Assembly (NCBI RefSeq): GCF_006345805.1
Contig: NC_042997.1
Span: forward strand, 107,384,001 to 107,448,000
DNA: 64,000 bases
Source of the DNA: Octopus sinensis
Lineage: Eukaryota
Reading direction: 5' to 3'
Shown: one piece after another, positions 46,601-59,500 of the stretch
Layout of the letters: the number at the start of each line of letters is the position of its first letter
How positions within the stretch are numbered: position 1 is the stretch's first letter
The notes under the pieces: model-generated
Seen by the model: only the letters and a program-made list of their open reading frames with translations
The model's database searches: none
What the model was told of the DNA's origin: nothing
Program-made: the position numbers and the translations under genes

Positions 46601-49600
46601 ATCCTACACCTTTGTTAGTCTGGTAAAAATGGACTAAGAAAGAAATTCTTAATGGGTAACTGAGTGAAAGGTTAAGTAAACTTGATGGAAGCAAATTCTC
46701 TTTGCATCAGAAATTGTAAAAGTGAAGGAAAATAACTAAAGAATGAAATAAATCTGTTTTGCAAACTGGTTTACCAAGATATAGCACCATTTTAGGATGA
46801 TTACAAACAATATTTGGGAAGTATTAAAGAGACTCTCCTAATATTTGGTTTCAAATTTTGGCACAAGGCCAGCAATTTCAAGGGAGACGGTAAGGCAATT
46901 ATACCAAGCCCAGTATATCACTGGTACTTACTTTATCAACCCGAAAAGGATGAAAGACAATGTTGACCTCAGTGGAATTAGAATACAAAATGTAAAGCTA
47001 GACGAAACACTGTCAAACAGTTTGCCAGGTGTGCAAATGACTCTGCCATTTCACCACCTTAAACTCTTAAATAGCTAAAGAGGTTTTAAAACAAGACTGT
47101 TTTATCACAGAAAACGCACATCATATTGCTTCTCATCTTGAAATAAATCTAAATCAAATATCTCAATGTAGAAAGCAAAATATTCACCCTAATCACTGTG
47201 TATTAGTTGCCAAGCAAAAATACAAAAACGAATCCAATTTAATATAATTAAAAAGAATTGTGTTTTTAATTCCTATAAAAAGTTATTGATTTTAAAGAAC
47301 GTTAACTGTCTTGGTTTAGTGGTTAGGGTATTTGGATCACGATTGTGAGATCATGAGTTCAATCTCTGGCAGTGGATTGTGTCCTTGAGCAAGACACTTT
47401 ATATTCTGTTGCTTCAGCCCACTCAGCTGGTAAAAATGAGTTGTACCTGTGTCATGCTGAATCTCCTTGGGAACCATGTGTCTGTGAAGTGCTCAGCCAC
47501 TTACACATTAATTTCACAAACAGGCTGTTCCACTGATTGAATCAACTGGAACCCTCTTCGTCGTAACTGACAGGATGCCAGGTAAACTGTGTTGGTGGAT
47601 AATTTGAGGGACAAAATCTGTTGCGATGAAATAATGACCCAGAACAGAATCAAAGCTATTCTGTTTATTTAAAGGAGTCAAATGCTTCTAAGTATGTCCA
47701 TATTTAGGCCAAGAAAATTCTCAATAACAAAAAGAAAAAGAAATAACATACCTTTTCAAAAAGAGGCAAGTTATTCTCTGGAACTGCTTTCAGTTTTGTC
47801 TTTTTCCTAAAATAAGAAAAACATTAACTTAAGATGGGCACAAAGTAATTGACAGGGAAAAAAACTATGTATACACACATTAATAAATATGTATCCTCAT
47901 CAGTTAACTCCTGCTTTCCATGCTGGCATGGCCTGGTCAGTTTGACAGGAGCTGGTGAGGCAAAAGACTACACCAGGCTTCACTGTCTATTTTGGCAGGG
48001 TTTTTTAGCGCTGGATGCCCTTCCAAATGCTAACCACTTTACAGTGCGGACTTTCTAAGAGGCACCAGCACTGGCAGAGTCATCATGTAACATGCAAGAC
48101 AAAAAGCCTGTGAGAGGGGAGGGAGCGTTGGAGGAATACATGTATATACATATATGGCTGGGGCCATTCTGGAGCAGTGTTTTGGAGTCTCCTTTTGGTA
48201 CTGTTTTTGGTGAAGAAGCAAACTGGACGAAGCTACTCTTCTTTGTGCCTCCTGCCACGATGTGCGCTCGTCTGGGATTTCAGAGAAAATTGTCCAATTG
48301 CTTTTTGAATGTTTCCACATCTACACCTCGCAAATCCGGTACGTTCCTTGGCAGGATGTCAAACAGTTGTGGTCCTCTGAAACCCAAACTGTTGTAATGC
48401 TTGGTCCTTATCTGAGGTGATGAAGACAGTACTTTTTTGTATTATGCAATGCCATCCAGCTTGGTGGCTGCTATAGCTTTTAATTCCAAAGTTAGGAACT
48501 AGACCTTCTAGGATCTTTCATATGTATATCACTGCATACCTTCTCTCCAGGGTGTAGAGATTCAGTTCTTGTAGCCTCTCCCAGTAGTTCATCTGTTTCA
48601 CCAAGTCAATCTTCCTTGTGTAGTGACCACAGTTGAGAACAGTAATTCCATATGATGGAGGACATCATAGGAGCAGTAAGGGATCCTTATTTTTGGTTCT
48701 GAATGATCTAAGGATCCATCTAGCTACTTGCCTGCACAGTGTTGCCATCCTAGTGATATGCACATTGAATGTTGCATCACTACTCATGTGGATTCCCAGG
48801 TCCATACACTGTTTCTAACTCCGGGATTGCACTACTCCCTGATCCTATGTATTCCGATCATAGTCTGTTTGTGGGCTGATAGCAAAGTGCTTGAAATTTA
48901 TCAGCATTGAACTGCATGTTATTTTCATTAGCCCATTTGCTTATGTCAAATCTATATATATATATATATATATATAATCATTATTGTTTAACATCCATCT
49001 TCCATGCATGCAGGGGTAAGATAGATGACAGGAGCCAGCAAGGTAGAACAACTACCCCAGGCAACTGTATCTGTATAAACTCACTCATATTCAATATATA
49101 CAGACACGACAGAAGTAAATAGACACCCTTATAATCATTAAATTTTATTTACTAACTGTTATAATGTGAATATCTAATATTTAGTAGACATGCCCATTGC
49201 ATTTTTCAATGCAAGGACCCTATTAAGCATGCTACTGATGAAAGTAACTTATGATGGTGATGCCCCATCATATGACCTTGTAAAATGCTGGCATCATGAA
49301 TTCAAACATGGTTGGAACTCTGTGGAAACAGCTCCCAGATCTAGTTGCCCCCCTTCTGCCATTGATGAGGCATCTGTCCGTCAAGTTGAGGCAGCCATTT
49401 TGGAAGATCGACGCATAACTATTCGCCAAATAGCCCATGAGGTCAAGATTAGTACCGGGTCTGTGGAAACTATCATTCATGTCCATTTGCATATGCAAAA
49501 GGTGTCTGCCAGATGGATTCCCAGGTTGCTTACACCTTTCCAGAAGCAAGAACGCGTTGAGTGCTCGAGGATGAATTTGGAGATGTGCCAAGAAGATGAG

Positions 49601-50518
49601 TTAGAATTTTTCAAAAGACTGATTACACAGGATGAAACCTGGGTCCATCACTATGATCCAGAAACCAAAGCCCAGTCAATGCAGTGGAAGCACCATGACT
49701 CACCTCCTCCAAAGAAGGCAAGGGTGCAGCCCTCCACTGGCAAGGTCATGCTCACAGTCTTCTGGGACCAGGATGGAGTAGTGATGACAGATTTCGTGGC
49801 AAAGGGTACCACAATTACAGGAGCCTATTATACTTCACTTTTGAGGAAATTAAGAGAAGCTATCAAAATCAAGAGGCGGGGCAAGATCAGCAAAGGCATC
49901 CTCCTCCTGCAGGACAACGCTCCGGTCCACAACTCGCGTGTCGCCAGATCAGAAGCACAGGCATGCGGCTACGAACTCCTCCCCCATCCCCCCTACTCTC
50001 CTGACCTTGCACCCTCTGATTTTCACCTCTTCCCAGCCATGAAGTTGTTTTTGAAAGGAAAGCGTTTCCCAGATGATGCAGCCTTGATTTCTGAAGTCAC
50101 GTCGTGGTTGGAGGACCAAGCTGGGGTCTTCTACAAAAACGGTCTCCAGAGCTGCATCAAATGATGGGAGAAATGCATAACTCTGGGTGGTTCCTATGTA
50201 GAAAATGACTAATAGCTGTGCCAAGTTTCGTTGCTCTACTGCTATGCGAAGTGGGTCAGGGGCATTACTTATTGAACGCCCCTCGTAAGAAAGAAGACAG
50301 CGCTAGAGATAAGTAATGCGAGTAGAACATACTGTTTGAATAGATGACTAAAGAAGATATAAGAAATGGTGATTGCTGAATTTGATAATGGAGAGGACAA
50401 GAAACTGCAGCAAGTGGTAAGATGCCGTACTGGAAAGACCTACCCAACCTATACCAGCATGGAAAAGCCCATACAACGATATCATAATAACAAAGAGACA
50501 AATGTAGAAACTTTTATG

Positions 50519-50556
<38 letters not shown>

Positions 50557-53500
50557 GGAGCAAAGCAATAAGTTGAAAATTGGGTTTTAAGAGGTACCTA
50601 CATAGTGCTTGGTGCTTCTTGTAAGTCCAACATTTGAAGAGATGTTGCTAAATAAATAAAATTGAAACAGTACAAAGAAATTATTTGATTCTTCTCTGCA
50701 AACTGGAACAGAAAGTATTTTCAGAAAGAGTTATAGAATAACAAGAGTGTTTCATCTTTAAATTCCATGGACCATCTTTAAGCTATACGAATCCTCTTTA
50801 ACCCTTTAGGGTTCAGATTAATCTGTCAAGTGTAATGCTTATTCATTCACGTTATTTTCAATTATTCAGGTTCAAGAGGGCTGTCCACTATATTTGCTTG
50901 TAACTTGGTTAATTTTTTACATACAAATTCGAAATTTTGTCAATGGGTGGCTTATATACCAGTGGATTAGAGTTATGTAATTTTAATGAATAGGCATAAA
51001 AGCAATAACATTATGAATAAACACTAAAATTCAAATTCTTAATGCATCTTACCCGTTTGATTTGTTACTAATTCTATCCCAACAATTTTGCCACTTTAAT
51101 TTGAATTAATTAAAATACAGGTATAATTAGTACCAGATTTTATTCTTTATATCTCATTCAAACATTTTCATGAAAATAAAGTACAAAACTCTTTTACAAG
51201 TCAATATACCATTGGCTTATACAATTTAATGAATACATTTATATAACAGAATGCATCTAATAAAAAAAAGCTCATTAACAGGTGAGGCAAAGGTGAATAC
51301 AGGTGTGTAACATACTGAAAATTAATATGTATTTCTCACTTTCACATTTTATTTGTAAGAAAATGAAAGGAGTATGTGATATTACTATCAAACAACAAAA
51401 TAAATAGTTATGCCATATTTCTATAGTCAAACTGTCCAAAGTACCCTTTACACAGGGCACTTGGCAAAACGAACACACGTGGTCTTGACCTGATATCCTT
51501 TCGCAGTTTTTCTGTTTTACAGTGAACACAGCCTGCAAACATTTTTCCTTCCATTTATTTTTCCCACTTTATGGAAGTCAATATTCCTCTATTGACATCC
51601 ATCTCAGTTAATTTTGCTTTTCTCCCTTTTGAGCTTTCTGGAAGAAAAGCCATCATATAAGTGAGATGCAATGTCAACCTGAAATTGCAAATGGTTGTAG
51701 TCCTTTGGTAGTGGTATCTTGTGACTTTTTACATAATCAATATATGAATTAACTAGAGTTAGACATAATGTTGGAGATAAATGGATCACCATACCTTATA
51801 TCAGGATTCCACCAGTTCCACAGTTGAGGAGGCTGCTTGATACCAATTGTTTAGAGCAAAAAAAAGCTTGCATTTCTGCAGTATCAGTTGGCTGCCATAG
51901 TGGATCGGGTCTTCCACGAATAGAAATTATGCGCTGAGCATATTTGTTTCCTCCGTGACAGTTTCAAAAAAACTTTGCGGTAAAAATGAAAATAAACAGT
52001 CCAATGGTTGAGCATTGGAAAGTAGACAATATTGTGGACTAGTCTTTTCTGTGAAATTGGGAATTGTGGTTGATGAAGTAATCTATAAAACATGTTGCTG
52101 TAATCTCGTCCGATGAAGATTCATAAACATCATCAAGAGTAAAAAACCTTCAAAGTTGGAATCATTACTTGCTGATGCCATAGCGTTAAAAACTAAAATA
52201 TACACTTCTCTTCAAATATTGAAAAATCCAAGAGGTCTCAAAAATTTCACCATATTCTTACTTGAATAAAGGTAGGAGAGGCTTTATCTTGCCTTATCTC
52301 AAAGCTCCAAGAATTCAATAATGTGATTTGTTTATTTTTCTAAGATTTCATAGCGGAATCAGATACGGCTGGATATTGCTAGTTTGAACATAAACTGGGC
52401 AGAATATTTTGACCAGGTTCCTGTGTTGGTGGCACGTAAAAAGCACCATTCGAGCGTGGTCATTGCCAGTGCTGCCTGACTGGCTCCCGTGCCAGTGGCA
52501 TGTAAAAAGCACCATTCAAGCATGGTCATTGCCAGTGCTGCCTGACTGGTTCCTGTGTTGGTGGCATGTAAAAAGCACCCACTACTCTCTCAGAGTGGTT
52601 GGCGTTAGGAAGGGCATCCAGCTGTAGAAACCTTGCCAGTCCTCAGTCAAACCATCCAATCAATGCTTGCATGGAAAGCAGACATTAAACGATGATGATG
52701 ATCTCGCAGTTTTAAACACTAAAGGATTAAGGTAGATGCAATCTGTTTATGCTACATCAATGACTGAAGATTTGTTCTCATATAAAACTACTATGAAACT
52801 CCAAACAAGTTTTAATACAAAACGGTTTACTGTTTTAAATATTCATCATTGTGAGAAAATTGTTCAACATCACCATCACTTAATGTCCATTTAATGGACA
52901 ACAGACATTAAATGATGATGATGGGTCGGACAGTTTAACCAGAACTGGCAAGCTGCACCAGACTCCAGTTTGATTTGGCATGGTTTCTATGGCTGGACGC
53001 CCATCCTAACATGCCAACCACTTTACAGAGTGTGGCTGGATGCTTTTACATGGCACTGCACAGGCGCTTTTACTTGTGCTTTTTGCCACGAGTTCTTTTC
53101 ACCACCAGAGGAACTGGTCTTAACACTTCTGCCGTGAAATAGGGGTCTTCTTCAGTACATGTTGTTATATTATTATTGTATTACCTATGTGACTTTTACC
53201 AATGCAAGATTAGGTGATTCTAAAACAGCAATTACTTTTTTTTTAGTGCTAATCACTCAACCATGGAGTAACCTGTGTCAGTGAGGTGAATATATCAATA
53301 TTAGTCATGTGTAACATTATGGCTTTAATGTTGAATTCATAAAGATATGGTCTGTAGGTTTATATGTTCTCTTTTTCCCTATTAAATAGACTTTACAGTT
53401 GACACAGTGACCATGGGAGATCCCAGCAGTTATTAATTTTAAAACATTGATAATCATGTAACACTAACTGCTTTTATATAATCCATTTGTCTTAGGAGAA

Positions 53501-56500
53501 GTCATATTTTAAATTCTAAAACTTTGCCATAAGGCAGTGAGCTGGTAGAATGGTTAGCTTGCAGGGTGAAATGCTTAGTGGCATTTCATCCATCTTTGCG
53601 TTCTGAATTCAGGCGGCACTGGCAACGACCCATGCATGAATGGTGCTTATTGCGGGCCACCAGCACGGGAGCCAGTCAGGCGGCACTGTCATCGGACACA
53701 ACTACAATTTCCATTTGATTTGATTTTGATTTTACTTGACTCAATAGGTCATCCTCAAGCACAGTACCTGGTGAGACAATTCAAAAGTACTTTTTAAATG
53801 GGTTGGTTATGTGACACTGGTGTAGGCTACAGCTGTGATCTCACTTTACTTGCGGAGTCTTCTCAATCACAGCATATATCCAAAGGTCACGGTCTTTTGT
53901 CATTGCCTCTGAGAGGCCCAATGTTTGAAAGTCATGCTTCACCACCTCATCCTATGTCTTCCTGGGTCTCCCTGTTCCATGGGTTCCTTCTACAGTTAGG
54001 GTGTGACACTTCTTCACACAGCTCTCCTCATCTATCCATAGCACATGATCATAGCAGTGCAGTCATCTCTCTTACACACCACATCACATGCTTCTTGTGT
54101 CCAACATTTCTCTCAGGGCACTTACTCTGTCATGTGTGCACACTGACATTACACATCCAGCGGATCATACTAGCTTCATTTCTTTCAAACCTACGCATGT
54201 TTTCAACTGTCACGGCCCATGTTTCATTGTTGTGTAGCATGGCAATTCGCACACATGCATCATACAATCTTTCACTCTGAGTGAGAGGTCCTTTGTCACC
54301 AGTAGAGGTAGGAGCTTTCTGCACTTTGCCGAAGTTATTCTTATTCTAGTGGCAATCAACTACTTCTAGTTTCTCCCTGGCATGTGATGGAATCAGTTTT
54401 CTGAGCATTTGCAGTGTGTATTGCCCCCTGTGCATCTGCTGCACACAAAAGCTATCTTCCCAATTAACCTTCCTTTGATGTTGCTGCACCTCTTATGTGT
54501 CCATAGCTTACATGGGTACATCTTATGGAGTTTCTACCTACACCTTTTCTACAGATTGAGCAGGGCCATCTACCTGAAAGGGTTTGTGATGTGTTCACCT
54601 TTCTACTTACTAGGACTTGGTGAACCCCTACTTCTACCCGAAATTCTTCACTATACTCATTGGTAATTGCATCCCTGTACAGTTCTATACCTTGGTAATT
54701 GCATCCCTGTACAGTTCTTATTAACCACTTGTCAATCCCCAGTTTCCGCATTGCCCACCATCGAGGGACCCTGTCAAAGGCTTTCTCTATAGAAATCTGC
54801 CATAGAATTATCTCTAATTAAATATTGAAATAAAATGATTAAAAAGAAAAAACAAAAGTTAAAAGCATGAAAGACAGAAACTTACCACAGTCACCAGCAA
54901 CTTTTTGAAAAGTCTGTAAAAATATGGAAAATACACATCAATATTAATATAACTATAATAATTACTGGGCACACATCCATCTGCTGTTACACTCAGTGAA
55001 CAAAGAAGGTAAATCACCTTTAATGGAAAATCGACCCTTTGACAACTGACTCATCAGGAGTTAAACATCCTTCACTGTAGTAAGTAGCATTTCAGTTTGG
55101 TAGCCAAGGAAGAGTTGCAGAATGACAAGTAGATAGATACTATATATACATGAGTATGTGTGTATATATATCATCATCATCATCATCGTTTAACGTCCGT
55201 TCTCCATGCTAGCATGAGTTGGACGGTTCGACCGGGATCTGGGAAGCCAGAAGGCTGCACCGGGCTCCAGTCTGATCTGGCAGTGTTTCTACAGCTTGAT
55301 GCCCTTCCTAACGCCAACCACTCCGTGAGTGCTTTTTACGTGCCAGGGGAGGCTGGCAACGGCCATGATCAGATTGGTGATTTTTACATGCCACCAACAC
55401 GGAAGCCAGTCAAGGTGGCCTTGGTATCAGGCACATTTGGATGGTGCTTTTTACGTGCCACCGGCACAGGGATCACAACTACAATTTCCATTGATTTTTG
55501 ATGTTGGTGTACTTAACTCAATAGGTCTCCTCAAGCACAGGGTCGAAACGGTGTTTCTTTACTTGCCACCTGCACAGGAGTCAGTCCAGTGGCATTGGCA
55601 ACTGCCGGGTGCCAGTCATAGGATTGGTTCAATTTCGATTCCGATTTCACTTGCCCCAACAGGTCTTCACAAGCAGAGTTTAGAGTCCAATGAAGGGAGG
55701 TTGGCGTGGATGCACGTGGTCGGATGATGTTTGATTTCGAATTCAATTTCGACTTCACTTGCCTCAACAGGTCTTCGCGTGTCCAAGGAAGGAAAGGCAT
55801 GCATAAGTGGGCTGGCTACATTCCTGGCAAGGGACACGGGATGGACTCACTTGTCCTGCCGGGTCTTCTCACGCACAGCATATTTCCAAAGGTCTCGGTC
55901 ATTAGTCATTGCCTCGGTGAGGCCTAATGTTCAAAGGTCATGCTTCACCACCTCGTCCCAGGTTTTCCTGGGTCTACCTTTTCCACGGGTTCCCTCAACC
56001 GCTAGGGATTGGCACTTTTACACACACCTATCTTCATCCATTCTCGCCACATGCCCATACCAGCGCAATCGTCTCTCTTGCACACCACAGCTGATGCTTC
56101 TTAGGTCCAACTTTTCTCTCAAGGTACTTACACTCTGTCGAGTATGTACACTGACAATACACATCCATCGGAGTATACTGGCTTCATTCCTCGTGAGCTT
56201 ATGCATGTCCTCAGCAGTCACGACCCATGTTTCACTGCCATGTAGCATGGCTGTTTGTACACATGCGTCATACAGTCTGCCTTTTACTCTGAGCAAGAGG
56301 CCCTTTGTCACCAGCAGAGGTAAGAGCTCCCTGAACTTTGCCCAGGTTATTCTTACTCTAGCAGTTACACTTTCAGCACACCCTGGTCACCTAGGTAATG
56401 GAAGCTATCAACTACTTCTAGTTTTTTTTCCCTAGAAAGTGACGGAAGTTGTTTTCTGCAGATTTTCAGTGTTTATTGCTCCTGAGCATCTGCCACATGC

Positions 56501-59500
56501 AAAAACTATCTTCCCAGTTAGCATTCCTTTGACATTTCTGCACCTCTTATGTGTCCATAGCTTACACTGGGTACATCTTATAGAGTTTCTACCTACACCT
56601 TTTCTACAGATCGGGCAGGGCCATCTACCTGAAGGACTTTTGTTTTAGCTAGGTTGACTCTAAGACCCTTCGATTCTATTCCTTGCTTCCACACCTGAAA
56701 CTTCTCCAGTTCTGATAGTGACTCAGCAATTAGAGCAAGGTTGTCAGCATAGAGGAACTCCCAGGGGCATCCAGTCTTGAATTCCTCTGTTATTGCCTGG
56801 AGAACTATGATAAATAGGAGGGGGCTGAGGACTGAACCTTAGTGGACTCCTACCTCTACCCGGAATTCTTCACTGTACCCGTTGCCAACCCTCACCTTAT
56901 TAACAGCATCCTCCCTTAGACTATAGTGAGGGATGCACATAATAAGCATTCCATATTTTGATGGCCTAGCAAGGTCAGTCAGGCATCTACAGAGGAATGT
57001 AATATTTCCAAAACATTGTGTGTTTTGATAAACAAATGCATCTGCAACAAAAGCAATGCCAAAAGAGAGCACTGTGAATGCCTGGCCTGCTTGTTGTTGT
57101 TGTAGTAGTAGTAAAAATAATGGTTTCAAATTTTGGCACAAGGCCAGCAAGTTCAGGGGAAGGAGTAAGTCAATTACATTGACCCCGTTGTACAACTGGT
57201 ATTTATTTTATTGACCCTGAAAGGATGAAAGGTTAAGTCAACCGCAGCAGAATTTTAACTCAGAATGTAAAGATCATAAAGAAGAAAGAAAATGGTGTCA
57301 AGCCCTTTGCCTAGCATACTGATGGTTCTTTATAATAACAACAGTTGGCCTGATGCAATACCAGGCAGTGGCTCCCATGGCTTTGGATCTCAACTGACTT
57401 GAAGTGTTAACATGTACGCATTTCTCTTGGTGTAAAAGATGGACTAGAGCAAATATTCTGCTCAATCCCATAGATTTGCTTGTCAGCTGCTTGACTGTAA
57501 CCAATTGAGCATGTCCCCTTAGTGGCTGATGATATGTGCATCTGTGATCCCAAGTAGGAGTAGTCGGGGAGTGTCATATTGAGAGGAATTCTTTGGGGTT
57601 TGAATAGTTCATCCCAGGAAACGTGGGTGTTTAGTTCATCATCCTAAAACAGCCCTTATGCAGAGATATGTTAAGCAAGACAAACTACCTGACCCAAAGA
57701 AAATTCTAATTGGGTTCCACCGGCAAGGTCATGTGCTGTTTACTTTGATATGAGATTATCATGTTGCACACATATGGTTGTGATGCATGTACATTTGTAC
57801 CTCAGCATCACTTTGGTGGTATATGCTGCTCTTTCACTCAATAACAATAATAATGATGACATGTTCAAATATATTACCAAGTTAATACTGGTAGAAATTA
57901 AAAATACTTACTGGATCATTATAAAGTTGATTTTTTGAAGCTTTCTTACCACAAGCAATGGCATTTCTGGAAAGAAAAGTTTAAGATAAAAAAATAAAAT
58001 TTTGTGACAAGTAAACTGGGTACATCTTATAGAGTTTCTACCTATGCCTCTACTACAGATCAGATGCTCGGGAGCGATAATCACTGAAAATGTGCAGAAA
58101 CCAACTTCCTTCACATTCCAGGGAGAAAAACTAGAAGTAGTTGATAGCTTCCGTTATCTACGAGACCAAATCAGTAGCGGAGGAGGGTGCACTGAAAGTG
58201 TAGCTGCTAGAATAAGAATAGCTTGGGCAAAGTTCAGAGAGCTCTTACCTCTGCTGGTGATTAAAGGGCCTCTCGCTCAGAGTAAAAGGCAGACTGTATG
58301 ACGCATGTGTACGAACAGCCATGCTACACGGCAGTGAAACATGGGCTGTGACTGCTGAGGACATGTGTAGGCTCGCGAGGAATGAAGCCAGTATGATCTG
58401 ATGGATGTATAATGTCAGTGTTCATACTCGACAGAGTGTAAGTACCTTGAAAGATAAGTTGGAACTAAGAAGCATGAGATGTGGTGTGCAAGAGAGACGA
58501 CTGCACCGGTATGGCCATGTGGCGAGAATGAATGAGGATAGCTGTATGTAAAAGTGCCACACCCTAGCGGTTGAGGGAACCTGTGGAAGAGGTAGACCCA
58601 GGAAGACCTGGGATGAAGTGGTGAAGCATGACCTTCGAACATTAGGTCTCACCAAGGAAATGACTAGCGACTGAGACTTTTGAAAATATGCTGTGCTCGA
58701 GAAGACCCGGCAAGCCAAATGAGACCATAACCAGTGGCCTATGCCAGGGGTGTAACCAGTCCTCTTATGCGTATATTTTCCGTCTTTGGTCACTAAACTC
58801 TGCTTGCGAAGACCTGTTGAGGCAAGTGAAATCAAAATCAAAATCAATTCGATGACTGGCATCCGTGCTAGCGGGGTGCAAAGAGCACCATACGAGTGTG
58901 ATCGTTGACAGAGCGGCTATTCGAGTATGATCGTTACCACCGTCGCCTTACTGGCACTTATGCCTGTGCTAGTAGGGTGCCAAGAGACCATCCGAGCATG
59001 ATCGTTGCTAGAGCAGCCAACTGGCTTCCGTACCCGTGGCACGTAAAAGGGCACCATTCGAGCGTGATCGCTACCAACCTTGCTTCACTGGTACCTGTGC
59101 CGGTGGCACGTGTAAAAAGATTTGAGCAAGGTCATTGCCAGTATCACCTGACTGGCCCCCGTGCTGGTGGCATGTAAAAAACACCCACTACACTCTCAGA
59201 GTGGTTGGAAGGGCATCCAGCTGTAGAAACTCTGCCAGATCAAGATTGGAGCCTGGTGCAGCCATCTGGTTCGCCAGCCCTCAGTCAAAATCGTCCAACC
59301 CATGCTAGCATGGAAAGTAGACGTTAAACGACAATGATGATGAAGTAAACAAGACTTTAACAGTAAATGTTTCTATATTTTCTCAATGCTTTTCCATGCA
59401 AGCATGGGTTGGACAGGATTTTTTAAGGCAGTGTTTTATAGGTAGATACCCTACTTGACACCAAGCCTAATAGTCACCTTTTATGATGTCTGGGGATACA

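Noticed and set aside
50262-50319. 11-bp inverted repeat (gcattacttat / ataagtaatgc) spanning the mariner right end
   Set aside because: Too short to interpret; could be chance or a scrap of a second TIR.
53063-53190. Open frame TCTEEDPYF...KRTRGKKHK on - strand as an extra borealin exon
   Set aside because: No in-frame acceptor (stops in all frames after the nearby AGs), and the exon chain closes without it.
55030-55060. CTGATGA on - strand as a hammerhead core
   Set aside because: No stem II or downstream GAAA...NUH.
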